Part shown: positions 29,840 through 39,724 of the stretch, in pieces
Numbering within the stretch: position 1 is the first letter of the stretch
Layout: the number at the start of each line of letters is the position of its first letter
DNA from: Sulfolobales archaeon
Lineage (GTDB): Archaea > Thermoproteota > Thermoprotei_A > Sulfolobales > AG1
Length of the DNA stretch: 64,000 bases
Reading direction: 5' to 3'
Assembly (NCBI GenBank): GCA_038867615.1
Contig: JAWBYA010000001.1
Coordinates: 288,001 to 352,000, forward strand
The notes under the pieces: model-generated
What the model was told of the DNA's origin: nothing
Seen by the model: only the letters and a program-made list of their open reading frames with translations
The model's database searches: none
Made by a program: the position numbers and the translations under genes

Positions 29840-29855
29840 AAAGGAATATTAAACC
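29840..29855 (+). promoter_or_regulatory. BRE/TATA promoter of tRNA-Trp
   Basis: AAAGGAATATTAAACC about 40 nt upstream of the tRNA 5' end. Confidence 0.5.
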
Positions 29856-29890
29856 TCTTGCCAAGAATACCTATTGGAGTGACCGGTAGT

Positions 29891-30026
29891 GGGCCCGTAG
29901 CTCAGCTAGGCAGAGCGGCGGGCTCCAGTTCACTACTACGGGTCTAGAGACCCCGTATGGGGGATGATAGGGAACTGGAGAGGAGAGACCCGTAGGTCGG
30001 GGGTTCAAATCCCCCCGGGCCCACCA
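29891..30026 (+). tRNA. tRNA-Trp(CCA) with 59-nt intron at 37/38 (29929-29987)
   Basis: GGGCCCG/CGGGCCC acceptor stem, D arm, GCGGG-CT-CCA-G|A-CCCGT anticodon arm, GTTCAAATC T loop, encoded CCA; BHB helix CTCC/GGAG. Confidence 0.95.
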
Positions 30027-30123
30027 CATCGACACAGAGCTCCTAACTAAACAGGGCTGTTTTCTTTTTATAGGGGAGATCTATGTTTTTGACATGTTTT
30101 ATTATCGAGATTGTTTTCCAGAT

Positions 30124-30552
30124 TCATGGTTTCTCATAGCATTCGATATCTATTGTTATTCTATCTCCTTCCCTGATTCCGTGTTTCTCCACAAGTTTTT
30201 CGCTTGAAACCACCTCGAGGATCTTTGGGTTATGTGAGGATCTATAGGGCCTTATTAAGAGAACCCTGGTATCTCCTATGAGTGCTCTCCATAGGTATAG
30301 CCCTCCATATGTTTTTCCCTCGAGGGTTATGTCTCCTATGGCCTCGTGTTCCGGGCATATTTTTCTAAGCCCCTCATAGCCTTCTAGATCCTCAGCCTCT
30401 ATGTTAAGGGTTCCTGGGTAGGGTTCTGTTCCGAGCCTCTCCCTAAAGATCTTCTTATAGATCTCCATGTTTAGAAAGAAACCAGATCTTCCTAAGCCCT
30501 TCACATACCTCCCCCTAAGCCTCACTCGATAAGAGGGACCAGCATGCTCCAT
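30124..30552 (-). CDS. ribK: CTP-dependent riboflavin kinase (DUF120)
   Basis: GLGRSGFF, PYPGTLN, RP...H..ILEVVS. Confidence 0.85.
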   Translation of the reverse strand: MEHAGPSYRVRLRGRYVKGLGRSGFFLNMEIYKKIFRERLGTEPYPGTLNIEAEDLEGYEGLRKICPEHEAIGDITLEGKTYGGLYLWRALIGDTRVLLIRPYRSSHNPKILEVVSSEKLVEKHGIREGDRITIDIECYEKP

Positions 30553-31339
30553 ATCTCCTCACCATGTTCTCTATATATTCTTGCTCGGTGAAATAGAGCT
30601 GTCCGAGGATTAGGATCGATTGGGGGAGTTTATCGATAACGATTTTAGAGAGGTCTTTGATTGATGCGTAACAGATCTTTTGGGATCTTGAGCCCAGGCC
30701 TGCGAGTCCCAGGGCTTTTCTATCCTCTAGATCTTTATCTCCTAGGTCTTTTGAGATCTTGAGGAGGGTTTCACAAGCCTCGTGGATCTTCATGTAGTAG
30801 CCTTTCTCAACATCCATCTCTAGGAGGAGCAATACGTGCATACCTTGATCCAGAGTCTTTCTAATCTTCCCATATATCTCGCCAGCCTCTTCAGAGCTCC
30901 TCGGCCTCACCATGGTCATAACCCTCCCAAACCTATAGATCATGAGGCCTGAGAAGCCGAGGGCTGCTGTGGCTATAGATATCCCCGGGATATATGTGTA
31001 GCTATGCCCCTTCCTAACAGCCTCACTGGCTATGTAGATATGGGTTGTAGCTGTAAGTGGATCGCCCCAGCTGGCTAGACAGACCTTCTCACCGTTATCA
31101 AGCCTTGTGAAGATCTCTATGGCCGATAGATCCTCAAGATCTCTTCTGGATAGCTTCTCAAAACCCTTACCGGCTAGGATCTCTATATCTTTTATAGACC
31201 CCTCTGAGGGGATGGATGTGTATTCCTCGTAGAAAACATGGTCGCAGGATCTCAGAGCCTCTATAGCCAGCATGCTCACCATGCTTGGCGAGAGGCCTAG
31301 TCCTACTATGTATAGATGTCCTTTCTTCACGCTCAACAT
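30515..31339 (-). CDS. dph5: Diphthine synthase
   Basis: LYIVGLGL, EEYTS, GDPLTATTH, GLMIYRFG, HVLLLL. Confidence 0.9.
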   Translation of the reverse strand: MLSVKKGHLYIVGLGLSPSMVSMLAIEALRSCDHVFYEEYTSIPSEGSIKDIEILAGKGFEKLSRRDLEDLSAIEIFTRLDNGEKVCLASWGDPLTATTHIYIASEAVRKGHSYTYIPGISIATAALGFSGLMIYRFGRVMTMVRPRSSEEAGEIYGKIRKTLDQGMHVLLLLEMDVEKGYYMKIHEACETLLKISKDLGDKDLEDRKALGLAGLGSRSQKICYASIKDLSKIVIDKLPQSILILGQLYFTEQEYIENMVRRYGACWSLLSSEA

Positions 31340-32046
31340 CTACACCTAGACTCGAGGATCTTCTTTATCAATGAAGAGGTTGAGAACCCCCCGATCTTCT
31401 CTCTAAGCTTGATAATCCTTACACCTTCAAGCCCTCTATCCCTGAGCTGTCTTGAGAGTGTTTCTTCGTCTACAAACTGATCCGGTCCCAAGAGGATCAA
31501 ATTCGGCTTTACAGCATCAACGCTTTTCAGGTAGTCTGTCTCATCTCCCAGGAAGGCTTTATAAACATACCTCACGGCCGAGACCACCTCAAGCCTTGTC
31601 ATCTCATCGTTCACGGGCTCATACCCCTTGAATCTCTTAACATTAGCATTCCTAGCCACGGTTACAAAAACCCTCCCATATTTTGAAGCCTCTCTGAGCA
31701 GGGCTATATGTCCTGGATGCAGTATGTCGAAAGTACCTCCGACAAAAACCCTGGGCTCTTCAACCCTCTGCCACTTGAAGCTAGATGCTCCGAGCATTCT
31801 GAGAGCATCTAGAAGACCCTCGGCGTAGGATATGTTTATAAGCCCGGTTATATAGTCACCCTTATCATAGCTATACTTGGCATCCTCATAGTACCTCTTA
31901 GCCATCTCTAGAACTTCTCTCTCACCCCTCCCGCCTGTGAAGTTCCTCTCAGCCTCCTCAACAGCTGCTCGGAAGCTGTTTAGATAGTTTCTAAGCCTTT
32001 CAGCCGGGTCGTTCACCCAGGATGTCAAAAACAATATCCCTAGCAA
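31333..32046 (-). CDS. ribL: DUF357 plus cytidylyltransferase fusion (FAD synthase RibL-like)
   Basis: N-terminal YYEDAKY...YAEGLLDA (DUF357); GGTFDILHPGH, LGPDQ. Confidence 0.8.
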   Translation of the reverse strand: MLGILFLTSWVNDPAERLRNYLNSFRAAVEEAERNFTGGRGEREVLEMAKRYYEDAKYSYDKGDYITGLINISYAEGLLDALRMLGASSFKWQRVEEPRVFVGGTFDILHPGHIALLREASKYGRVFVTVARNANVKRFKGYEPVNDEMTRLEVVSAVRYVYKAFLGDETDYLKSVDAVKPNLILLGPDQFVDEETLSRQLRDRGLEGVRIIKLREKIGGFSTSSLIKKILESRCRC

Positions 32047-32138
32047 TTATTTCTCTAAACCCAATAAAAGATCTTATAGGGTTTGATCTAGGCTTGTTGG
32101 TGATTTCTCATATATTAATCCTTAAGGATAGTGGTATT

Positions 32139-32190
32139 TGATGATGAGCTGTCGCTCGATGATAGGTGATCTAATGAACCTCCGCTGACA
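32139..32190 (+). ncRNA. C/D box sRNA candidate
   Basis: Box C ATGATGA 32141-47, D' ATGA, C' GGTGATC, box D CTGA 32185-88. Confidence 0.72.
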
Positions 32191-32205
32191 CTTCATACGA
32201 AGTCG

Positions 32206-32571
32206 CTATCTATGTTTGAACGAGCAGCACGGGCACCCGGGATCTATATTCTCTGGGGTTATCTCAGCAATATTGACAGACCCTTCCCCCACGAGATCTT
32301 CTAACAGACCTTTAGCTCTAAAAACCCTGGTTCCGGAGCTTCTTGCAAGCTCTATACCTTCAGAGCCTATTCTGGAAACTATGATGCTATTAGCACTATA
32401 TATGGGCATCTTGGTGATAATCTCGCCAAGCTTTGATAAACCACTACCCCTAGTTCTGAGCCTGTGGGGGCCGCTTACGATCCTCCTTTCATAGAGATCC
32501 ACGACAAAGAACTCCTCAGCCTCTACGGGGGAGGATATTATTCTATTTTTAGTAAGCACTATGGCTATCAC
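32206..32571 (-). CDS. NifB/NifX-family (FeMo-cofactor-like) protein
   Basis: AEEFFVVD, IIVSRIG...G.RVF pattern; C-terminal CPCC. Confidence 0.6.
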   Translation of the reverse strand: MIAIVLTKNRIISSPVEAEEFFVVDLYERRIVSGPHRLRTRGSGLSKLGEIITKMPIYSANSIIVSRIGSEGIELARSSGTRVFRAKGLLEDLVGEGSVNIAEITPENIDPGCPCCSFKHR

Positions 32572-32608
32572 TCTTCTTCGCCTCTCTACTATGCTTAAGC
32601 TTTAGATA

Positions 32609-33418
32609 TTATATATCTATCTGCTCCGGCCTTGTGTAGAACCTTATTCTTCCGTCGAGATAGCTTCTTATAATCTCTCTAGCCGCTTCCTCTATATTGG
32701 GCTCACCAGATCCCCTAAGGATCCATCCCCTTTTGATCGCCAGCACCTCTAAGATCTCGAGGGGTTTGCCTGATACCCCATAAGCCCTCTCTATAGATCC
32801 AGGCATGATCCTCTCGATCCTCTCTATGAGCTCTATAGCGATGCCAAGGGGGTTCTCGATCTTCTCGGGGGGTCGTGTCCTTATAACCATCTCAAGCCTG
32901 TCAGCATCTATTGGGAGGGATCCAGGTGTATCGATTATATATACATTCCTATATATCCTGTAAACTTGTATTCCTTTGGTATAGCCAGGGGTTCCTGGAT
33001 ATCTACTCACCGTAGCCGATTTCCTCCCCTTGAGCGTGTTAACCAAGCTTGACTTACCAACCTTGGGGGCTCCGAAGAAGGATGCCATGATCTCTCTACC
33101 AGCCTCCCTAAGGATCCTCTTAACAGCCCTTACATCACCCATGCTTGCACTTGTTGCTATGCACTCCATCCCCTTATCTCTGTAATAGTTAACCCACTCG
33201 GAGATCACGCTTCTGGGAACAAGGTCTGATTTATTCAGCACGAGAACAAGCCTTTTACCATTATTCATAGCTACTCTTTCAAGAAACCTGTTCCTCAGAT
33301 ACTCAGGGATCCTTGCATCAAGGATCTCGAAGACAATATCAGAGGCTAGCACATTATCAAGAATCTCCCTCCTACTCAGGAGCCTTAACAAGGCTTTTCG
33401 CGACCCTTTTCCAGACAT
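32609..33418 (-). CDS. Circularly permuted ribosome biogenesis GTPase (RbgA/YlqF-like)
   Basis: DAR, NKSD (G4) before GAPKVGKS (G1), DTPG (G3). Confidence 0.9.
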   Translation of the reverse strand: MSGKGSRKALLRLLSRREILDNVLASDIVFEILDARIPEYLRNRFLERVAMNNGKRLVLVLNKSDLVPRSVISEWVNYYRDKGMECIATSASMGDVRAVKRILREAGREIMASFFGAPKVGKSSLVNTLKGRKSATVSRYPGTPGYTKGIQVYRIYRNVYIIDTPGSLPIDADRLEMVIRTRPPEKIENPLGIAIELIERIERIMPGSIERAYGVSGKPLEILEVLAIKRGWILRGSGEPNIEEAAREIIRSYLDGRIRFYTRPEQIDI

Positions 33419-33626
33419 GCCTATCAAGAAATAAACATGCAAGGGATCAGAAAAACCTATCGCAGGAGACAACGCGAGATCCTGATCGCTAGATATGTTG
33501 AGCAATAGATCTAGAGAATAGATCTACGTGTTTGGTTTGCTTGGGCGTTGATCCCTATTACTTCATGGACAGATGTTGCGAAGCTAGCTATCTAGGAGCC
33601 GTCGCTCATATCAGATCGATCTACCG

Positions 33627-34430
33627 CTATCTCTTCATAAAGCCCAATACTATGTGGCGCTGCACATACCCGGTGAAGAAGAGCATGGGTAGAGATGATA
33701 TGAGACCTGCAGCTGCCATTTCGCCCCACTTCACACCCCACTCGGATATATAGCTCGCTATTATCAATGGCACTGTGTAGTTTTTGAGACTCTGCACCAG
33801 GATCACCGCGTAGAGGAACTCGTTCCAGGACATGAGTATTGAGAAGATCGCTGTCACCGTGATCCCGGGCATTGTGAGGGGTAGGAGGATCCTTATTAGC
33901 AGTGTTATAGGGCCGGCACCATCCACGCGAGCCGCTTCCTCAACCTCCCGGGGTGTTGATCTGAAGAAGCTCAGCATCATCCATAGTGAGAATGGGAGTG
34001 TATATACCTGGTAAGCTATCGCAACAGCGCTTAGATTATCCGATAGCCTTAGCTGTGAGAACATCACATATATAGGTAGTATCAGGACTATCGGCGGTAT
34101 TGTTCTTGAGAAGAGCGTCCATACAAGCAGAGCGCGGGCTAGGAGCCTGCTTATAGGTAGCTTTGAGAGGCTATACGCCGCGGGGATTGAGAGTAATAGT
34201 GATATGGATGTTGTTAGGAAGGCTAGATATGCGGTGTTGCTCAAATACCTCTGGAAATCACCTCTAAAGAGCCTCACATAGTTATCGAGGGAGAGCGATG
34301 CTGAGAACACCTCATATACCTCGAGACCGACCTTCAGAGAAACGTTGATCATCCAGTATATGGGCATAAGCGTCCACACACCAATAACGCCGAGCGCTAT
34401 GTAGACAAGGGTTTTGATCCAAGGGCTCAT
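33627..34430 (-). CDS. Carbohydrate ABC transporter permease (MalG-like)
   Basis: EEAARVDGA EAA loop, SWNEF. Confidence 0.92.
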   Translation of the reverse strand: MSPWIKTLVYIALGVIGVWTLMPIYWMINVSLKVGLEVYEVFSASLSLDNYVRLFRGDFQRYLSNTAYLAFLTTSISLLLSIPAAYSLSKLPISRLLARALLVWTLFSRTIPPIVLILPIYVMFSQLRLSDNLSAVAIAYQVYTLPFSLWMMLSFFRSTPREVEEAARVDGAGPITLLIRILLPLTMPGITVTAIFSILMSWNEFLYAVILVQSLKNYTVPLIIASYISEWGVKWGEMAAAGLISSLPMLFFTGYVQRHIVLGFMKR

Positions 34431-35275
34431 TCGAACATCACCTTCTTAATATAGAAAGCACTCACTGCCAGTATTAGGATAAGCATTAGGAAAGAGGCTG
34501 CGGAAGCCTTGCCAATATCCCAGAATACAAGGCCTGTTTTGAATATATATAGCGAGATGGTCTCTGTAGCATGTGCGGGACCCCCGCCTGTGAGTACGTA
34601 GACCTTGTCGAAGAGCCTGAAGGTATCTATGCTTCTCAGTAGAAGGACGAGGGTTATGTAGGGTTTGAGAAGGGGTAGTGTTATATGTAGAAAGGTTCTA
34701 TAAGGCGGGGCACCATCTACAAGGGCTGCCTCGTACAGCTCCTTCGGGATTGATTGGAGCCCTGCGTAGAGGATCAGGAAACAGATCGGTGTCCACTGCC
34801 ACGTATCTATGATAACGATGCTTAGAAGAGCTAGGTCTATGCTTGTCAACCAGGGCAGGGGCTGGAGCCCCATGGCCCTCAGGATATGGTTAACAAGCCC
34901 TGTATCGTATTCCAGCATGAGCTTCCACATAGAGCTCACAATAACTGCTGAGAACATGTTTGGGAGCACTATGAGGGGGACTAGGTATCTCTTCCCCCTG
35001 ATCTCCTGGTTAACGATCACGGCTATCGAGAGCCCTAGGAGTGTCTGGAGAAAGGTAGCTGCTAGTGAGAAGATAAGTGTGTTCCTCACACTAACCTGGA
35101 ACACGGGGTCTCGAAAGAGGTCTAGATACTCCTGGAACCCTGTGAATCTAAACTCGCCTGTAATGATATTATAGCTGTGGAGTGAGTAGTAGAGAACACT
35201 CGCTATGGGATAGACCGTGACAAAGAGGAGTACCGCGAGGGCTGGGAGGATGAGCAAAAAAGGGAGTAGTCTCAC
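34427..35275 (-). CDS. Carbohydrate ABC transporter permease (MalF-like)
   Basis: WQWTP, LYEAALVDGA, TGGGP; GTG start after GGTGG. Confidence 0.92.
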   Translation of the reverse strand: MRLLPFLLILPALAVLLFVTVYPIASVLYYSLHSYNIITGEFRFTGFQEYLDLFRDPVFQVSVRNTLIFSLAATFLQTLLGLSIAVIVNQEIRGKRYLVPLIVLPNMFSAVIVSSMWKLMLEYDTGLVNHILRAMGLQPLPWLTSIDLALLSIVIIDTWQWTPICFLILYAGLQSIPKELYEAALVDGAPPYRTFLHITLPLLKPYITLVLLLRSIDTFRLFDKVYVLTGGGPAHATETISLYIFKTGLVFWDIGKASAASFLMLILILAVSAFYIKKVMFE

Positions 35276-35309
35276 ATATACCCACCAACCCGAGATCTTG
35301 GGGTCTTTG

Positions 35310-36635
35310 CTAGCTTGAAAGCGCCTTATCGATCTCGGCAGACATTGCAGAGACCGCATCGCCTGGCTTTATCACTCCGGCAAGGACCTGGTTGACATAG
35401 CTACCAAAGATATCCTCAATCTTTGGCCAGAGAGGAGTTCTAGGTCTTGGGACAGCAACGTTCAGGCTCTTAACCTGGACGGGGATCCATCTCCTAAGGC
35501 CTGCCAGCTCTTTATCCTCACCAACGCTTATCCTCACAGGCGGTAGGCCCTTAAGTATAGCCATGATCTTCTGCATCCTTGCGCTTATAGAGTATAGTAT
35601 GAACTGAAGAGCTGCAGCCTTATTCCGCGATGCAGCCGGTATACCCCAGTACCAGACACCAAGAAGGGGCGATGGTTTTGTTCTCTCACCAGGTGTTGTT
35701 GTATATGCAAGCAAGCCGGGAACCTTGCTCAGTGCTGGGTTATCAGCATCCTTGATCCAGCCGGGCCATGTCTCTGTGCTCATAGCAATCCTACCCCCGA
35801 CAAGCCTATCCCTGACATCGGGTGTGTTGAAGTTCTCAACACCTGGTGGAGCGTATTTCTTAAGCTGTAGGAGGAACTCGAGGGCTTCGACTGCTTTTGA
35901 GTCGAGGGCGCTTTTCTTTAGATCGTCTGAGAGTATCTTACCCCCAAAGGCGTAGAGGATGGGCTGGAAGGCTGTTGCAACGGGGTTCCCTTTAACACCT
36001 CTGAAGGCGACTGGGTATTCTACAAGTCCTGAGGCCTTGATCTTCTCGCAGGCGTTGAGGACATCGGTCCATGTAGCGGGCTCGGGTAATCCTAGCTTGT
36101 CAAAGACGTCTTTTCTATAGGCAAAGATCTGGACGTTCCCCATCTGTGGGAGCGCTACTATTTTGCCTGTTTTATATGGGCTTCTACCCACATCTATAAG
36201 CACTCCTGGGAAATCGCCTAGATCGAGCTGGACTCCTGTCTCCTTGGCAAGAGCCTCAAGATCTGTTAACCAGCCCCTCTCACCAAACTGGGGCAGCCAT
36301 GGATCATCCATATATACGAGATCATATGCCGCGGAACCCTGTTGAAGAGCAAGCACCATCTTATCATAGAGCGGGGCATATGAGAGGGGTGAGTACTCGA
36401 CTTTAAAGTTGGTTTTTTCCCTTGTAAAGAAGTCTATAACAGCTGTATTTATGTCATTATGCTCCGCATCCCTACCCAATATAGATAGGGAGTATGTTTC
36501 AGGAGGTTTAGGAGTAGTAGGAGTTGTGGTGGTCGTAGCTGGTAGTGAGCCTAAGTAATAGCCAGCACCAACACCAACCAAAAGGGATCCTAAGCCCACT
36601 CCTGCGATTTTTAGAAATTCTCTTCTAGTTGCCAT
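35310..36635 (-). CDS. Sugar ABC substrate-binding protein (Tat signal)
   Basis: TRREFLK twin-arginine motif, Thr/Pro linker, SBP_bac_1-like body. Confidence 0.9.
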   Translation of the reverse strand: MATRREFLKIAGVGLGSLLVGVGAGYYLGSLPATTTTTPTTPKPPETYSLSILGRDAEHNDINTAVIDFFTREKTNFKVEYSPLSYAPLYDKMVLALQQGSAAYDLVYMDDPWLPQFGERGWLTDLEALAKETGVQLDLGDFPGVLIDVGRSPYKTGKIVALPQMGNVQIFAYRKDVFDKLGLPEPATWTDVLNACEKIKASGLVEYPVAFRGVKGNPVATAFQPILYAFGGKILSDDLKKSALDSKAVEALEFLLQLKKYAPPGVENFNTPDVRDRLVGGRIAMSTETWPGWIKDADNPALSKVPGLLAYTTTPGERTKPSPLLGVWYWGIPAASRNKAAALQFILYSISARMQKIMAILKGLPPVRISVGEDKELAGLRRWIPVQVKSLNVAVPRPRTPLWPKIEDIFGSYVNQVLAGVIKPGDAVSAMSAEIDKALSS

Positions 36636-37032
36636 ACAACCTACCAAGGATTGTTACATATAATAGTTAATATATTTAGCCTATTGGATCACTATGTGTC
36701 ACCATACACTATGGCAAGTATATTTAACCCCTCATTATATAAATCATTTGCATGAATGCGGCTTGACTTTTTGAGCCCGCTTATGCTGGGAGTCATTCAC
36801 TCCTACGAGGACAACTGGATTCTATTGATTTGAGCACTCTAGATCTAATAAAGTGTTTCTGAGCATGGATCCTCTCCAGAAGTATTTGGAGAAAGAGCTA
36901 TTATTTTAGATACATAGTGATACATAGCACTGCACTATCACAACTATTTGTTGACACATGTGGGATGTTTTTGCTGGAGGGTTTGGGTTTTTGCCCTTCC
37001 ATAGATTCTCTATTGCGGTGTGGGTGGGGCTT

Positions 37033-37866
37033 GTGAAGGAGGTTGTTGCTGTTATTCATCTAGCGAGGCTCCCTAGTTCTAGCCATAGGGGGGATAAGGA
37101 TCTAGATGGTATTGTTGAGGATGCTGTTAGGGAGGCCAGGATCCTTGAGGATCTTGGATACGGCTCGGTGATCCTTGAGAACTATGGTGATAAGCCTTAC
37201 CAGAAACGAGTCAGAGATCCTCTGACCATAGCCTCGATGTCTATAGCTGTTAGGGAGGTTGTTAGGAGCACTGGTCTGAGGGTTGGGGTAAATCTGCTCA
37301 GAAACTCTGGTAGGGAGGCGTATAGTATTGCTATAGCCTCTGGAGCGAAGTTCGTGAGGATCAACTCCCTGGTCGAGACGATCGTGTCTGACTCGGGCTT
37401 GATAGAGCCTGAGGCGCCTAGGCTTAGAAGTCTTAGGATCAACTACCCATGGGTAGAGATATACGCAGACCTTCTCGTTAAACATGCCTCGAGCATGAAC
37501 CTAGGTATGATGATCCTAGAGCGCCTGGATCCGCAGGCATTAGTATCTAAAAGCACAGATACCAAAGACTATCTGAGAGAACTGGTAAATGACTATGTAG
37601 AGAGGGGAGGAGCAGATAAACTCATAGTAACAGGACTGAGGACAGGGGAGCCCCCCAGGGTTGAGCTGCTAAAGCTTGTGAGGGAGCTCTCACCAGTACC
37701 TGTTCTAGTCGGCAGTGGCGTTAATACCAACAATATAGGCAGTATATTGAAGCACTGCGACGGAGTGATTGTGGGGTCTTTTATAAGGAAGAATGGGAAG
37801 GCGGGGGAACCGCTGGATCTAGAGAGGGCTAAGAGCTTTATAGAGTCTGTTAAAAGCTACTCATAG
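37033..37866 (+). CDS. BtpA/SgcQ family TIM-barrel protein
   Basis: VIHL, ENYGDKPY, GVNLLRN, ADLLVKH, VTGLRTG, VGSGV. Confidence 0.9.
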   Translation: MKEVVAVIHLARLPSSSHRGDKDLDGIVEDAVREARILEDLGYGSVILENYGDKPYQKRVRDPLTIASMSIAVREVVRSTGLRVGVNLLRNSGREAYSIAIASGAKFVRINSLVETIVSDSGLIEPEAPRLRSLRINYPWVEIYADLLVKHASSMNLGMMILERLDPQALVSKSTDTKDYLRELVNDYVERGGADKLIVTGLRTGEPPRVELLKLVRELSPVPVLVGSGVNTNNIGSILKHCDGVIVGSFIRKNGKAGEPLDLERAKSFIESVKSYS

Positions 37867-37981
37867 CGATGGTGCTTGATCCTCTGGTTTGGTAGAGGGC
37901 TCTGTTAAAGGCATGCAAAGGTCGTTAGCAGTATCGGATCTCTATATTTTGATGCCTAAGAGCTATCACGCTCCAGCTCTC

Positions 37982-38863
37982 CTAGCCGTATCTCAAAGCA
38001 CCTCGCATCAAGCCCTGGATTACATATCTCTGTAGGACTCCATAGGAGATCACCGGGATCACGCCTATGAAAACGGCTAGCGCCGCCAACCCTCCGGGAT
38101 CTACTATCTCTCCTCCCCATAGGAAGAACTGCACTACTATTGGTACGGTGTATAGCTCGGGGCTTGATATAAGGATTATGGAGAACAGAAGATCGCCCCA
38201 GGATAGTGTGAATGCGAAGGTGAAAGCAGTAACTATTGCTGGGAGCGATACGGGTAGGATCACCCTTACGAGGGCTTGGATCCTGGTTGCGCCATCAACC
38301 ATGGCAGCCTCCTCAAGCTCTTTGGGGACATTAACCATATAGCTCCTTATCATGAGGGTTGATACAGGTACTGTATATGCTAGGTGTGCTATTGCTAGGC
38401 CTAGCAATGTGTTATAGAGGCCGAGGGTCCTGTAGATCATGAGGAGCGGTATCACTATTATAAATACTGGGAATGTGTAGGAGAAAACTATAAAGCCCTG
38501 CATGAAGTTCTTGAATCTATACTGAAATCTAGTCAGGGCGTAGCCTGCTAGGAACCCTATGGCAACGCTGATTAGCGATGATGTTAATGACACTATGAAG
38601 CTGTTTCTAATCGCCTGTGAGATCGGGATCGGTATGGCTGCCCTCATCCCATGTCCCTTAAAATAATCTTCGAGGGTTGGTGCTGCAAGGGATGCGAAGT
38701 TCTGAAGTGTGAACGAGCTAGGTATCCATGTCCAGGCATCCTCGGGTCTGGAGAAGGCTGTTTTGAAGGTCCAGTATGATGGTATAAGGATCCATGGGAT
38801 CAGGAGGGCTAGGGAGGCAGCGATCACGCACCCCTTTATGATTCTACTGAGCATGGCCCCCAT
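37982..38863 (-). CDS. Carbohydrate ABC transporter permease
   Basis: LEEAAMVDGA EAA loop, SWGDL. Confidence 0.92.
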   Translation of the reverse strand: MGAMLSRIIKGCVIAASLALLIPWILIPSYWTFKTAFSRPEDAWTWIPSSFTLQNFASLAAPTLEDYFKGHGMRAAIPIPISQAIRNSFIVSLTSSLISVAIGFLAGYALTRFQYRFKNFMQGFIVFSYTFPVFIIVIPLLMIYRTLGLYNTLLGLAIAHLAYTVPVSTLMIRSYMVNVPKELEEAAMVDGATRIQALVRVILPVSLPAIVTAFTFAFTLSWGDLLFSIILISSPELYTVPIVVQFFLWGGEIVDPGGLAALAVFIGVIPVISYGVLQRYVIQGLMRGALRYG

Positions 38864-38866
38864 GGC

Positions 38867-39721
38867 TCACGCCCTCATATACCTGAGTGTTACGAATATG
38901 AGTAAAAGGTATAATGGGAGCATTAGCACGCTGTATGCGGCTGCTAACGATATATTAGCCTCGCCTGTGAAGGCAAGCCTATATGCTGCCACTGGTATTG
39001 TTAGGGTTCTATCAATAGGCCCGCCAGCTGTTGTTAGGTATATTTGGGCGAACTCTCCCATGGTCCATATTAGTGAGAGAAGCACCACGGTTAGCATAAC
39101 TGGTTTCAACAATGGCAGGGTTATATAGAAGAACCTCTGGTGAGCCCTAGCACCATCTATTTCAGAAGCCTCGTAGAGTTCTTGAGGCACTGCCTGTAAT
39201 CCCGCAAGAAGCCCCATCATGAAGAATGGCCAGCCATGCCATATATTGAGAATGATCACCGAGGTCATTGCGTGATCATATCCGAGCCAATGGATAGGCC
39301 CTATACCGGCTAGTGATAATACCTTGTTGAAAGCACCATCTCTGGCGAAGTTAAACCAGAACATGACAGCAGCTATATAGGATGGAACAGCCCATGGGAA
39401 TATGGAGAGAACCCTTACAAACGATCTACCTCTAAATTTGGTGTTAAGAAGCAACGCTGCCCCGAGACCTATGAGTAGTTTAAGCGCTACAGAGGTGAAT
39501 GCATAGATGAAGGTATTGATTAGCGATACCATAGTGATTGGCGAGCTAAGCAGCCTTACGTAATTATTGAGATATGCGAAAACGGGTTCTTCTCCAACTC
39601 TTTTCTCATAGAAGCTAAGCCAGATATTATAGGCTATGGGTAGGAGTATTATAAAAAACAGGGTTAGAATTGCTGGTAATATGTAGAGGTAATGGTAGTT
39701 TGATTCAGCGCGCATGCTCAT
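38867..39721 (-). CDS. Carbohydrate ABC transporter permease
   Basis: WHGWPF, LYEASEIDGA, TAGGP. Confidence 0.92.
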   Translation of the reverse strand: MSMRAESNYHYLYILPAILTLFFIILLPIAYNIWLSFYEKRVGEEPVFAYLNNYVRLLSSPITMVSLINTFIYAFTSVALKLLIGLGAALLLNTKFRGRSFVRVLSIFPWAVPSYIAAVMFWFNFARDGAFNKVLSLAGIGPIHWLGYDHAMTSVIILNIWHGWPFFMMGLLAGLQAVPQELYEASEIDGARAHQRFFYITLPLLKPVMLTVVLLSLIWTMGEFAQIYLTTAGGPIDRTLTIPVAAYRLAFTGEANISLAAAYSVLMLPLYLLLIFVTLRYMRA

Positions 39722-39724
39722 CTG

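Noticed and set aside
29891-30120. tRNA-Trp as an integration site of a provirus or island
   Set aside because: No integrase and no duplicated tRNA fragment (att) was seen in the window; the flanks are core genes.
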